Shown piece after piece: positions 29,038 to 39,110 of a stretch of 64,000 nt of DNA. Under the pieces are notes generated by a model, which was not told the DNA's origin, ran no database searches, and saw nothing but the letters and a program-made list of their open reading frames with translations. How positions within the stretch are numbered: the first letter of the stretch is position 1; each line of letters starts with the position of its first letter. This DNA is from Candidatus Saccharibacteria bacterium UBA3749 (GTDB lineage: Bacteria > Patescibacteriota > Saccharimonadia > Saccharimonadales > Saccharimonadaceae), in contig DFGN01000002.1 in NCBI GenBank assembly GCA_002371235.1, positions 4,774 through 68,773 of the forward strand, read 5' to 3'. A program made the position numbers and the translations under genes.

Positions 29038-30207
29038 TTACAAGTGAATATAATTATACTGCCATATTTCATTTGCCGGAATAGTCCTAGCACCAAAGTC
29101 GCCATAATGCATACTTCCGGAGTATAGATATGTGGCATAAGAATTATTATACTCAGTCACGTTAATCGAACCGTCATCATTTACGCTCTCTACCCAAAAT
29201 ACATGACCATAAGGATATCCATCAACCTGACCAATCGTATTAGGTGCTGGAGTTTTATTAACTAGATACCCAGCCGCTCTAGCGCCATCATCCCACGAAT
29301 AAGCATTACCCCAACCGAGTGAAACACCAGCGTACTCATAAGCCTTCCATCCAGCATAACTTACACATTCACATACATAACCTCCAATCTTATGCCAACC
29401 AAAGGCATCTTCCCAATATGTCAAATAATCATCTTGTCGACCAGGACAGTCTCCCTGCCACGGATAAGTATTTGCACCCGAATAGGCCGAACCACGATAA
29501 AGCTCTGGGTGTGCCGCCTGCTCCGCTTTCTCTGCCTCGCGTTGTGCAAGTTGCGCTGCCTTAGCTTCTTCAGCATAAGCTTCAGCGTCACTGGCATATT
29601 TAGCCACGAGACGCTCCTGCTCAGCCTTTTTGTTTACCAAGCTTTCTCTCGCAAACTTCTGTTGCTCTAATAATTGCTCTACCTCTTTTTTATCCTGCTC
29701 TAGTTTTTCTTTAGCTTGTTTGACTGCAGTCGCAGTCAAACTAATCTGTTCCTTCACCACCTCATTTCTAGCTGTCTTTTCAGCCAGATCAGAAATCGAA
29801 TTTGCCCCAGCCAGCACTCGAATCGGCTCTGAATCAGACTCAAAATGCATATTAATCAAAAGCTCAGCTAAAGCTTTTTGCTCTTCTAGCAATTTTGCCT
29901 CTTTGATTTCAATCTGCTCCCTTAAATCATTAATCTCAACCTCAGTCTGAACAATTTCAGCCTCTTTACTTGCAATTTCAGCAGATAATTCATTCACCCT
30001 TGCTTGATACGCGTTCGCCGAGCTCGCCGCTACCGCCGCATTCTTCGTAGCTTCTTTCTCCTTCTCTACGGCCTCACGACATGCTGCTGAGTTCTGACAA
30101 GCCTTAGAAATAGCCCCAACCTTAACCATCATCAAGTGACTCGAACCAAGAATTAACCCCACAATCAATAGAACAATCCTAATCTTCACATTCTTTAGTA
30201 TTACCAT
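29038..30207 (-). CDS. coiled-coil plus CHAP peptidoglycan hydrolase (PcsB-like)
   Basis: long coiled coil; ECVSY, GNAYSW, YGHVFWVE, VTEYN; adjacent to ftsEX. Confidence 0.85.
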   Translation of the reverse strand: MVILKNVKIRIVLLIVGLILGSSHLMMVKVGAISKACQNSAACREAVEKEKEATKNAAVAASSANAYQARVNELSAEIASKEAEIVQTEVEINDLREQIEIKEAKLLEEQKALAELLINMHFESDSEPIRVLAGANSISDLAEKTARNEVVKEQISLTATAVKQAKEKLEQDKKEVEQLLEQQKFARESLVNKKAEQERLVAKYASDAEAYAEEAKAAQLAQREAEKAEQAAHPELYRGSAYSGANTYPWQGDCPGRQDDYLTYWEDAFGWHKIGGYVCECVSYAGWKAYEYAGVSLGWGNAYSWDDGARAAGYLVNKTPAPNTIGQVDGYPYGHVFWVESVNDDGSINVTEYNNSYATYLYSGSMHYGDFGARTIPANEIWQYNYIHL

Positions 30208-30226
30208 AATTACATTGTAACATAGT

Positions 30227-31267
30227 TTACGCTTTGTTCAAGTACTTTGATACAGCTAACCTAGCAGACAACCTACCAATAACAATACCAAGTCCAACGA
30301 ACATCAAGTACACCAGTATCAGTTTGTTTGATTCCAAAATATCAACAATCACCGTCACATCAATCCCATAATTAGCCAATCTCGGAGCCAAGAATTCAAA
30401 ACCAAAGTACGACACCGTTGCAGCAATCAGTCCAGCGATTATCCCACAAATCTCCGCCTCAATTAAAAACGGGCCACGAATAAAACCTTTTTCTGCCCCC
30501 ACTAATTTCATCATATAAATCTCTTCTCGTCGTGAAAAAATCGCCATTCTAATAGTTGAGAAAATAATCAATATCGATATCACAAGGAATACGGCCGCCA
30601 GAATAATTCCGCCAGTTCTCGCTATCCGCGCCCAGGAAGTAATTGTTGCAATCTCCGCCTGATTCACATCATAAGTTGGAGCCTTTTCCTTATCAACATA
30701 ATCTCGGAAATAAATATCTTCTTCCACAATTTTCTTAATGCTAGATAAATCATCTACATCATAAACCTTAATCCGCATCGTTCCCTGCATTTTAGCAATC
30801 ATCAACGCCTTCATTTCATCATCAAGAACACTGATTATTTCGTCACTGTCTTCGTTTTCTTTCAAAAACTTTCCATATTCTTCTTCAGAATTAGATACCT
30901 CAACTGACTTCGTATTTGGATCATTACGAATTATCGTCTCTAAATTGTCTAGTATTTGCTCACTTAGCCCCGGCTTTAGATAAACAGTAATATCAATCTT
31001 ATCTTTCATCATTTCTGCGGTACTAGTCAATATTACACTAGCTACCACAGTGATAAATAGTATAATTAGCGTTATTGCCATCACCGCTGTCGCCGCCGTA
31101 GAAAGCCAAATGTTACGACCAAATCCTTTTGCACCGTATTTAATAATCCTGGCTTCATTACGCACCGGATGGTGTTGTCTAGTGCGTTGCATCGTGCGAA
31201 GACTTTTCTTCGTCACCTTTTTAAGTTTCTTTTCCTTCATCGCGCCTGTTTTATCATCTAGAACCAT
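30227..31267 (-). CDS. ftsX: cell division permease FtsX
   Basis: RNIWLSTAA, TIRMAIFSRREEIYMMKLVGA, IRGPFLIE. Confidence 0.92.
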   Translation of the reverse strand: MVLDDKTGAMKEKKLKKVTKKSLRTMQRTRQHHPVRNEARIIKYGAKGFGRNIWLSTAATAVMAITLIILFITVVASVILTSTAEMMKDKIDITVYLKPGLSEQILDNLETIIRNDPNTKSVEVSNSEEEYGKFLKENEDSDEIISVLDDEMKALMIAKMQGTMRIKVYDVDDLSSIKKIVEEDIYFRDYVDKEKAPTYDVNQAEIATITSWARIARTGGIILAAVFLVISILIIFSTIRMAIFSRREEIYMMKLVGAEKGFIRGPFLIEAEICGIIAGLIAATVSYFGFEFLAPRLANYGIDVTVIVDILESNKLILVYLMFVGLGIVIGRLSARLAVSKYLNKA

Positions 31268-31268
31268 G

Positions 31269-32084
31269 CTACGCCACCTCCTTTCGAGACGACTTACGTT
31301 GCTCTTTCGTTACATCATTTACCATAATTTGTTGGCGTTTCAATGCATGCCCAGGTATCTGAACCGGTCTAGTTGGCGCCTTAGTGGTAGAAGAGCCGTC
31401 TAATTTATAAAAACCGTTGTTTTTCTGATCGCTCACTATTTTTCCATCCTTCATTGTCACGACCCGCTTTTGTAGATTATTTACAATATTCTCATTATGA
31501 GTAGTAACTAATATCGTCGTACCAAAATCATTAATTTTTTTAAGAAGCTGTATGATTTCTTGAGTTGTCAGTTTATCAAGATTTGCCGTTGGCTCATCTG
31601 CAATCAAAATTTTGGGTTGCCTTGCCACTGATCGAGCAATCGAAACTCTCTGCTGTTGACCGCCCGACAACTGATATGGAAACTTCTTGGCCTGATCTAA
31701 TAGATCGACTAATTCCAAAACTTTTGGCACAATTCGTCGAATCTCCCTACCGCTCATGCCTGCAATCTCAAGAGCAAAAGCAACATTCTCGTACACCGTT
31801 CTTCGTGGAAGCAACTTAAAGTCTTGAAAAACCACACCAAGTCGCCTACGATATCCAGGAATATGACGCTTTTTTACATAATCAAGATCGATTCCGCCAA
31901 TAATTATTTTGCCAGAATCCGGAATCTCCTCCTTCGTAATCATCTTCATTAGAGTAGACTTTCCAGCCCCGGATTTACCTACCAGAAAAACAAACTCATT
32001 CGGCTCTATATGAAGAGACACTGAATCCAACGCTGGACTACTATCACCTGGATACTTTTTAGTAACCGAATCGAGCAATATCAT
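31269..32084 (-). CDS. ftsE: cell division ATPase FtsE
   Basis: GKSGAGKS, GVVFQDFKLL, LSGGQQQRV, ADEPT. Confidence 0.93.
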   Translation of the reverse strand: MILLDSVTKKYPGDSSPALDSVSLHIEPNEFVFLVGKSGAGKSTLMKMITKEEIPDSGKIIIGGIDLDYVKKRHIPGYRRRLGVVFQDFKLLPRRTVYENVAFALEIAGMSGREIRRIVPKVLELVDLLDQAKKFPYQLSGGQQQRVSIARSVARQPKILIADEPTANLDKLTTQEIIQLLKKINDFGTTILVTTHNENIVNNLQKRVVTMKDGKIVSDQKNNGFYKLDGSSTTKAPTRPVQIPGHALKRQQIMVNDVTKEQRKSSRKEVA

Positions 32085-32143
32085 AACACAATATTAACAC
32101 AAACGGTTTGGTTTTGGCAAGTTATTGTATATATACAGGTCTG

Positions 32144-34483
32144 TTAATTATTTGACGAAGTCTTGGTTGGGGTCAAAATATGAAAAGTGATGTTTCTATC
32201 TTTTTGCCCATCCGCTTGATAAATCACGCCTGGAGTTATTATACTATCCGGATAATCAATTCGCACCCTCTTAAGAGTCTCCGCATAAGAATCTTTAGTT
32301 GTTACAGTCAAATCTTGTGACGTGTACTCGCACGTAGTAATGTTTTTCTTGCGAGAAGCTAACTTTAGAACAATCTCCAAATCAATTTCAAACCCAGCAA
32401 GATATTGGGCAAGCTTAAATTCATTCTTAATTGAGTTTTTGAATTCGCCCAATACGCCAATTCGTTCACCCGCCACCAAAACCTCAGTCGAGCGTTTCGG
32501 TTCAAAAGGTAACGCGTCCGCCAAATTGTCTTTCAGTGGCACATAATCGGCTTCAATACAAAATTCATTGAGAAGTCTTGATAGATACTTTTTCGCCTTG
32601 TAGAATGCAGTATCAGTACCTTTCCTTTCTGCAACCACAAACCCGAGCGATATTTTTTCTATCGGAACACTCTCATCATTTAATCCCCACACTTTCTGAT
32701 AAACCTTATTAATTTCATATATAGCGAACTTTTCAACCGGCAACTTTTCATTTTTGTATGTTTTATCAAGCAGACTAGGCACGATTGACTGTCTCACATA
32801 TTGAAGTTCAGGCGAAATAGAGTTAATAATTCGATAAGAATTATTTGGGTTCTGGCCAGCTTTCTCAAGTAATCTTTCGCTCACGAAGCTATATGTCAAT
32901 AACTCGTTTGCACCAAGCCGCAACATTAAATTTTGTATCCGTCTTTTTAACTCAAACATCGTATTATGCTCAGCTGTGGCATGAAGTGGCAAAACAGGTT
33001 CAATATTATCATATCCGAGCAATCTGCCCACTTCTTCAATAATATCTTCTTTTATATGAATGTCGGTGCGCCATGACGGCACAGTAATACCTAAGTCTTC
33101 CCTTGATTTCTTCACTTCAAATCCAACGTTTTTCAGCGTTGTTATGATTAAATCTCTCTCATAATGTGTGCCAAGCAGATCATTAATATCTTTTACGCCG
33201 ACCTTAATTATAGCTTCATTTTCACCTTTAGGATACTCATCTACTACTTTCACGACCTGGAATCCATCCGACAACATATCTGCGCATAATTCTGCTACTA
33301 ATCTTGCCTGATACGGTGGCTGACCTTTAGTAAATCTCGTAATCGCCTCTGAAAAAATCCCATGGATCATTTGAGTCTTACGTAAATTATATAGACTAAA
33401 TGTTGCGCCTTCGATAATGATATTCTTAGTGTTTTCATCGATCATTGTCGACTCACCGCCCATTGCGCCAGCTAGTGCTACTGGAGTATCACCACTACAT
33501 ATTACGATATCAGTAGTACATAGTTCAACATTATTACCATCTAGAAGGGTCAATTTTTCCCCATTACGTGCCAAACGCACTCTAATCTCCGCCCGCTCAC
33601 CTCCAGAAACTTTCAAAAACTTATCATAATCAAACGCATGCAAAGGCTGCCCCGTAAGAAGCATTAGATAATTCGTTGCATCCACAATCGGACTAATCGG
33701 CTTCATTCCAGATTTAGACAATATCGTATCAGTCCAAGTTAAATACCTTTTCTTAAGTTCACCATGTTTTGCCATTACTACGGCACAATATCTCTGACAA
33801 ATACTGGTATCTTCAATTTTAACTACTACATCATTCTTGCTTTTTTTAAGTAGCCCAGAATGCGTCGTTTCACTAAACAGCTCTGGCTCAACAAAGGATT
33901 GCCCTAAAATGCCAGCTACTTCTCGCGCAAATCCAATTAATCCAAAACAATCCGGACGATGTGTTAACGATTTGTTTTCGATCTCAAGTACTAAATCATT
34001 TAGCTCGAACACATCAGCTAGTAAATCACCTGGTTTTGCTATCTCAGGGTCAATCTCCACAATCCCACTATGGTCATCACCAAAATCTAGCTCATCCGCA
34101 CCGGCTAACATTCCGCAAGATTCATACCCCTGCATCTTGCGCTTACCAATCTTAAACGGTGCATCTTCATGTACAGAAGCTGGTACAATTGCTCCCGGCG
34201 CAATCCAAACAGCTAGCATCCCATCATGTACATTTGGCGCACCGCAAACTACCTGAGTCAATTCATCACTACCAGAATTAATCTGGCATACAGATAAATG
34301 CGTATCCGGTATTTTTTTACAAGATTCAACCTTCACTATATATATATTGTCATATTTATGCATTTCATCGATTACCCCCTCTACCTCAACTAGTCTAGCT
34401 CCGATTAATCTAATCAAATCACCACTTGATACATTATTCGGAATTTTTACTAGTCTCTTTAACCAATTAATTGATATTTTCAT
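32144..34483 (-). CDS. pheT: phenylalanine--tRNA ligase beta subunit
   Basis: VVCGAPNV, THRPDC, GQPLHAFD, DIIEEVGRLLGYD. Confidence 0.96.
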   Translation of the reverse strand: MKISINWLKRLVKIPNNVSSGDLIRLIGARLVEVEGVIDEMHKYDNIYIVKVESCKKIPDTHLSVCQINSGSDELTQVVCGAPNVHDGMLAVWIAPGAIVPASVHEDAPFKIGKRKMQGYESCGMLAGADELDFGDDHSGIVEIDPEIAKPGDLLADVFELNDLVLEIENKSLTHRPDCFGLIGFAREVAGILGQSFVEPELFSETTHSGLLKKSKNDVVVKIEDTSICQRYCAVVMAKHGELKKRYLTWTDTILSKSGMKPISPIVDATNYLMLLTGQPLHAFDYDKFLKVSGGERAEIRVRLARNGEKLTLLDGNNVELCTTDIVICSGDTPVALAGAMGGESTMIDENTKNIIIEGATFSLYNLRKTQMIHGIFSEAITRFTKGQPPYQARLVAELCADMLSDGFQVVKVVDEYPKGENEAIIKVGVKDINDLLGTHYERDLIITTLKNVGFEVKKSREDLGITVPSWRTDIHIKEDIIEEVGRLLGYDNIEPVLPLHATAEHNTMFELKRRIQNLMLRLGANELLTYSFVSERLLEKAGQNPNNSYRIINSISPELQYVRQSIVPSLLDKTYKNEKLPVEKFAIYEINKVYQKVWGLNDESVPIEKISLGFVVAERKGTDTAFYKAKKYLSRLLNEFCIEADYVPLKDNLADALPFEPKRSTEVLVAGERIGVLGEFKNSIKNEFKLAQYLAGFEIDLEIVLKLASRKKNITTCEYTSQDLTVTTKDSYAETLKRVRIDYPDSIITPGVIYQADGQKDRNITFHILTPTKTSSNN

Positions 34484-35440
34484 TTAAAACTCCCTCAAAA
34501 ATTTAAGATTACCACTCTCAAAATGCCTGACATCATCTAGACCATATCTTAGCATTACGAGCCTGTCGATTCCACCACCCCAGGCGAAACCGTGATACTT
34601 CTCTGGATTGATTCCAGCCATCTTTAAGACATTAGGATGAATCATTCCGCAACCAAGCATTTCGAGATAATCACCTTTCTTGCCACCAAGCGACTTGGGT
34701 TTCTCAATCAAAAATTCAAGGGATGGCTCTGTGAATGGAAAATAGCCTGGTTGAGTTCTAATCTCTAGCTTTTGTTCATAATATTTTTCAAAAAACTCAC
34801 GCAAAATGCCTAGCATATTGCCAAGCGAACAAGTCTCTGACACATATACACCCTCACATTGATAGAAAGTGTGCTCGTGTGTTGCATCCACATCTTCATT
34901 CCGAAAGACTCGCCCAGGCACAACTACAGCAATCGCCTTACCATCTTCTAGTTTCTTTCGATATGCTTTTAATACTCTATGTTGCATCGTAGATGTATGA
35001 GCTGGCGGGATAAAGCCTTCTTCAGTCCGAAACGTATCATAGCCATCACGAGCTGGATGCTCTTTCACGAAATTAAGAGAATCAAACATATGAAATTCAT
35101 CATCTAATTGTCTTGCTTCCACCACATCAAAGCCCATCATTTGATAGATATCGACAACGCGGTCCAACTCCGACATCAAAGGATGCAGTGAACCCATATC
35201 GGTTGGATAAAAATCCGGGAGCGCCTCATTTACCCCAGACCATGCCGTTATATCAAGCGGCTCCACAGCAGCATCAAGCAAAGCCTTCTCGGCCTCAGAA
35301 ATCTTAGCTAAGATTTCCTGTCTCTTTGCATTAATCTTCTTACCAAAATCAGCCCTCTCCTCTACCGGTAAGTCACGAATCTTGGCCGCTTCACTATTTA
35401 TCTTTTTTAGCTCTAGTTTTAGACTCTCAATATTCTGCAT
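34484..35440 (-). CDS. pheS: phenylalanine--tRNA ligase alpha subunit
   Basis: HPARD, HTSTMQHR, YFPFTEPS, GCGMIHP, GFAWGGG. Confidence 0.97.
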   Translation of the reverse strand: MQNIESLKLELKKINSEAAKIRDLPVEERADFGKKINAKRQEILAKISEAEKALLDAAVEPLDITAWSGVNEALPDFYPTDMGSLHPLMSELDRVVDIYQMMGFDVVEARQLDDEFHMFDSLNFVKEHPARDGYDTFRTEEGFIPPAHTSTMQHRVLKAYRKKLEDGKAIAVVVPGRVFRNEDVDATHEHTFYQCEGVYVSETCSLGNMLGILREFFEKYYEQKLEIRTQPGYFPFTEPSLEFLIEKPKSLGGKKGDYLEMLGCGMIHPNVLKMAGINPEKYHGFAWGGGIDRLVMLRYGLDDVRHFESGNLKFLREF

Positions 35441-35463
35441 ATAATCTGTATTATATCACATAT

Positions 35464-35691
35464 TTATATCAAAATAATCGAAATCAGAGACAGCAACGCT
35501 AGAATTATCAAAACCGCCCAAACCCAGCCGAATTTGCCAGTTTTCTTCAAATCTTTCAAATACTCAGCATCATCGGCCAAATCAACGTCATTCTCCTTGG
35601 CGCTGCTAGTAGCACGCGCTCTAAGATCGGCATTGATCCTTTTCGATAATTCACTATTTTTATCATCTTGTTTATTGACAATTACACCCAT
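35464..35691 (-). CDS. small hypothetical protein with C-terminal transmembrane helix
   Basis: SELSKRINADLR..., C-terminal WVWAVLIILALLSLISIILI; start moved to 35691. Confidence 0.65.
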   Translation of the reverse strand: MGVIVNKQDDKNSELSKRINADLRARATSSAKENDVDLADDAEYLKDLKKTGKFGWVWAVLIILALLSLISIILI

Positions 35692-35776
35692 ATTTCTTCC
35701 TAAATAAATTAATAACTTTTTAATTATATCATAATAGTGTGATATAATAAAACCAAATATCATTTAAGGAGGAATA

Positions 35777-36718
35777 ATGGCGACCAAAAAGTCGAAGATG
35801 TCGAACAAGTCCAACAAAAAGGCTAAATCGACCAAACCAAAAGCTGCCGTAAAGTCTGTCACAAAGTCAGAACTCGAGGCTCCTAAAATTAAGCACGAAG
35901 AAACTTTAAAGCATGAAGAGATTTCTTCACCAAAGAATAAATCATTTATGTCCGGATTCTTCGCTCGCAAATATGAAGAAAAAGAAAGCATTCTCACCGT
36001 CTTTAAAAATCATAAATTCTACGGTGCATTGCTTGGAGAAATTATTGGCACTATGCTTCTTGCATTGCTGTTCTTCTCTCTATCATTAATGGGCATTCAT
36101 ACTGCGACCAATTACTCGTTTGCTATCATCGCGGTACTCATTGCCGTTTACGCATTCTCTGGTGCTTGCCTTAATCCAGCGATCACAGTAGGCATGATGG
36201 CTACTCGCCACATTTCTGTCATTCGTGGCATTATGTATATCATCGCTGAAGTAATCGGAGCGTGGCTCGGTTGGCTCATCTTTAACGCCTTCCACCTAAC
36301 CGGTGGAGAGAGCGCCTATGACGTACCAACCATGTCGGCAATTGCCGAAAATGGCATGTGGATCGTGACCATGGTTGAGTTACTTGGCGCAATTATCATT
36401 TCATTCTTCTTCTCGCGCGCACTCAAATACAAACGCAGCGTCTTCACCTTTGCAGCTGTTGTAGCTGGTGGTATGGCTCTAGCTATCGTGTTAGGCTATG
36501 TTGTGTCTGCTGCCTTCCTAGGCCTAAACAACAATTTTATCTTTAATCCGGCTCTTGCCATGATGTATAAGATTTTCCCAACAGCAGGCGAAAACTTCGG
36601 TGAAATCCTTGGTAGCATTTGCCAAGCATTATCAATCTATGCATTGTTCCCAATGATTGGTGGTGTTGTAGGCTTTTACCTATCCGAATTCACTTCCAGA
36701 TTATCCGGTGAAGAATAA
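35777..36718 (+). CDS. MIP/aquaporin-family channel with Lys-rich N-terminus
   Basis: two NPA boxes (GACLNPA, FIFNPA), 6+ hydrophobic helices. Confidence 0.88.
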   Translation: MATKKSKMSNKSNKKAKSTKPKAAVKSVTKSELEAPKIKHEETLKHEEISSPKNKSFMSGFFARKYEEKESILTVFKNHKFYGALLGEIIGTMLLALLFFSLSLMGIHTATNYSFAIIAVLIAVYAFSGACLNPAITVGMMATRHISVIRGIMYIIAEVIGAWLGWLIFNAFHLTGGESAYDVPTMSAIAENGMWIVTMVELLGAIIISFFFSRALKYKRSVFTFAAVVAGGMALAIVLGYVVSAAFLGLNNNFIFNPALAMMYKIFPTAGENFGEILGSICQALSIYALFPMIGGVVGFYLSEFTSRLSGEE

Positions 36719-36729
36719 TCTAAAAAGCC

Positions 36730-36760
36730 AAAATAATCCCCTTCTTGGGGATTATTTTTT
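36730..36760. terminator. bidirectional terminator between MIP gene and metG
   Basis: aaaataatcccc-ttctt-ggggattatttt. Confidence 0.85.
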
Positions 36761-36784
36761 AGCTAAACTAACTAGTAGCTAGAC

Positions 36785-38209
36785 TTAATTATGGTTCTTA
36801 GGAAACAGTGGAACTTTCGGTGTAGTGATTTTTCCACTAAAAATATCGATAATCTTTGCAGCAGCATCAGGAATAAAGGGCGACAATTCATAAACTGCTG
36901 TTAACAAACCGTCTATTAAGTTATGCAGGCATGTTTTCAACTTCTCAATCTCACCATTCTTAGCCAAGCTCCACGGTTTCTCTTCATCAATCCTCTTGTT
37001 TAGTTCCTGTATCTTATTCCACACTAAATCGAAGGCTTTTGAAAACTCAAAACCATCCATCAAAGCAATATACTCATCCGACAATCTGCTATTATTATCT
37101 CTACTAATCACTATCTGATTTTTATCGGCGAGTGTCGCCAATCTTTGTACAAGGTTACCAAGATCATTGGCTAACTCATTATTATAAGCCTCTTCATATT
37201 TATCCCAAGTAAAATCCGAATCCGCAAAGGTATCAATATGTCTTAGGAAATAATACCTAAAAGCATCCAAGCCATGGCTCTCGAGCACCTCAATTGGGTC
37301 TACAACATTGCCAATCGATTTTGACATCTTTTGTCCATCACAAAGTACCATACCGTGTGAAACTAGATTTTGCGGCAATGGCAAACCAAGACCAATTAAC
37401 ATCGCAGGCCAAATAATCGCATGAAATCTAAGAATATCCTTACCAACAAATTGAGCATTAGCTGGCCACCATTCACCAAAATCTTTCGCATCGGGAAAAC
37501 CGATAACAGTAATATAATTCGATAAAGCATCCAGCCACACATACATCACCTGTGAAGGGTCGTCTGGTACTGGCACGCCCCAGCTTAATTGAGAAACTGG
37601 TCTGGATATCGAAACATCAGGTGATTCCTCCAAAAGGCACAATATTTCCTTCTTTCTAAATTCAGGCAAAATCCTCATCTCGTTGGACACAATCGCCTCA
37701 CGAATTCTATCTTTAAAATCACTTACTCTAAAATAGTAATTCTCTTCTTGTAATTCTTCGTATGGTTTTTGATGATCGGGACAAACACCCCCAGTTTCAT
37801 CAAATTCTTTTTTTGTAACATACCTCTCGCAACCGGTGCAATACCAACCTTCGTATTTTGCTTTATAGATATGATCACTAAGACGACGCCAGATTTCCTG
37901 TACTCGCTTTTCATGGCTTTCATCTGTCGTGCGCACGAAATCAGTATAAGAAACATTGAGCTTTTTAATAAAATCCCTGAACTTATTCGCGTTCTCATTA
38001 ACATAATCTTGTACTGGCAAATCTAATTCTTTAGCCTTCTGGGCTATCTTGTTTCCATGTTCATCCGTACCAGCTTGAAATCTTACCTCGTCCCCCTTCA
38101 GTCTATGATATCTGGCATAGCAATCTGCCAAACAATAATCCACCGCATGTCCAATATGTGGTTTACCGTTAACATAGGGTATAGCCGTCGTTATATATAT
38201 CTTTTCCAT
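36785..38209 (-). CDS. metG: methionine--tRNA ligase (short form)
   Basis: YVNGKPHIGH, GTDEHG, GKDILRFH, KMSKS; start moved to 38209. Confidence 0.97.
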   Translation of the reverse strand: MEKIYITTAIPYVNGKPHIGHAVDYCLADCYARYHRLKGDEVRFQAGTDEHGNKIAQKAKELDLPVQDYVNENANKFRDFIKKLNVSYTDFVRTTDESHEKRVQEIWRRLSDHIYKAKYEGWYCTGCERYVTKKEFDETGGVCPDHQKPYEELQEENYYFRVSDFKDRIREAIVSNEMRILPEFRKKEILCLLEESPDVSISRPVSQLSWGVPVPDDPSQVMYVWLDALSNYITVIGFPDAKDFGEWWPANAQFVGKDILRFHAIIWPAMLIGLGLPLPQNLVSHGMVLCDGQKMSKSIGNVVDPIEVLESHGLDAFRYYFLRHIDTFADSDFTWDKYEEAYNNELANDLGNLVQRLATLADKNQIVISRDNNSRLSDEYIALMDGFEFSKAFDLVWNKIQELNKRIDEEKPWSLAKNGEIEKLKTCLHNLIDGLLTAVYELSPFIPDAAAKIIDIFSGKITTPKVPLFPKNHN

Positions 38210-38285
38210 ACAATATATATTACAATATTTTGCCCATAAAGACAAGCAACATAGATTAAAATCGCAATTCGAACTAAGGACTCAA

Positions 38286-39032
38286 CTACCCAATAAGCTG
38301 GAACACAAACACAGCTCCAAGCGCAATTATCACCATCCCCGCTATGACAATTAAAGCAATTAAAGTGGTTTTGCTATTCTTCTTGACAGCTTTAGTTTTC
38401 ACTGGTTGTGAACCAGCAACATTAGGCTGCAGAGCCGGATCCGCAAATGAAACACTTGGTGTATTGGTTTTTGCAAAAGGATTTACAGCCGAACTTACTG
38501 CAGGCTCGTTACCAGCATTAGAAGCAGTACTAAAACCATTTCCTACATTGGGCATACCAGACTGATTATTCATGACAGAATTCGGTTCGCTCATAGAATC
38601 AGATGAAGCCGTACTGGATGGTCCTGACACGGCAGAACCGATCGAACCAGGCACTGGTGCTGCTGCCTTCATTGGAGCTTTTAGCTCCTCTTCAATTGGG
38701 TCTGGTGCTTTAGGCTGTTCCGGCATCATAATAGGCTCCGTTGCCGCAACTCCAACACCAGAAGGTTGAAACATCCGACTCGCCGGCATCGTACCGACAG
38801 GATTAACCTGCGGCGCAGCCACTGGTGGTACAGTTCCTGAAGCCTGGGCAGGTGTAGGATTTGCTGGCATATTGGGCATTGACGAAGCGACCGGCGATGC
38901 AGTCGAAATTGGTGTTGAACTATGCGTTAACGTCGGCGCAGGCGTAGGTGCCGCAGTTGATCCCGGTGTTGGCGCTGGAGTTGGAGTTGGTGTTGGTGTT
39001 GGTATCGATGTTGGGTTATTTAGTGGATCCAT
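38286..39032 (-). CDS. Pro/Thr/Ser-rich hypothetical protein with C-terminal TM anchor
   Basis: PT repeats, low complexity, KKNSK then a hydrophobic tail. Confidence 0.75.
   Translation of the reverse strand: MDPLNNPTSIPTPTPTPTPAPTPGSTAAPTPAPTLTHSSTPISTASPVASSMPNMPANPTPAQASGTVPPVAAPQVNPVGTMPASRMFQPSGVGVAATEPIMMPEQPKAPDPIEEELKAPMKAAAPVPGSIGSAVSGPSSTASSDSMSEPNSVMNNQSGMPNVGNGFSTASNAGNEPAVSSAVNPFAKTNTPSVSFADPALQPNVAGSQPVKTKAVKKNSKTTLIALIVIAGMVIIALGAVFVFQLIG
38931..39015 (-). repeat. Pro-Thr/Pro-Ala coding repeats
   Basis: PTPTPTPTPAPTPG...PTPAPT. Confidence 0.8.
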
Positions 39033-39110
39033 ATTATTCCTTATTAATATTAATATTATATTTAAAACTTAAACATATTATATCATAGTTTTATTACGTA
39101 GATTCAAAAT

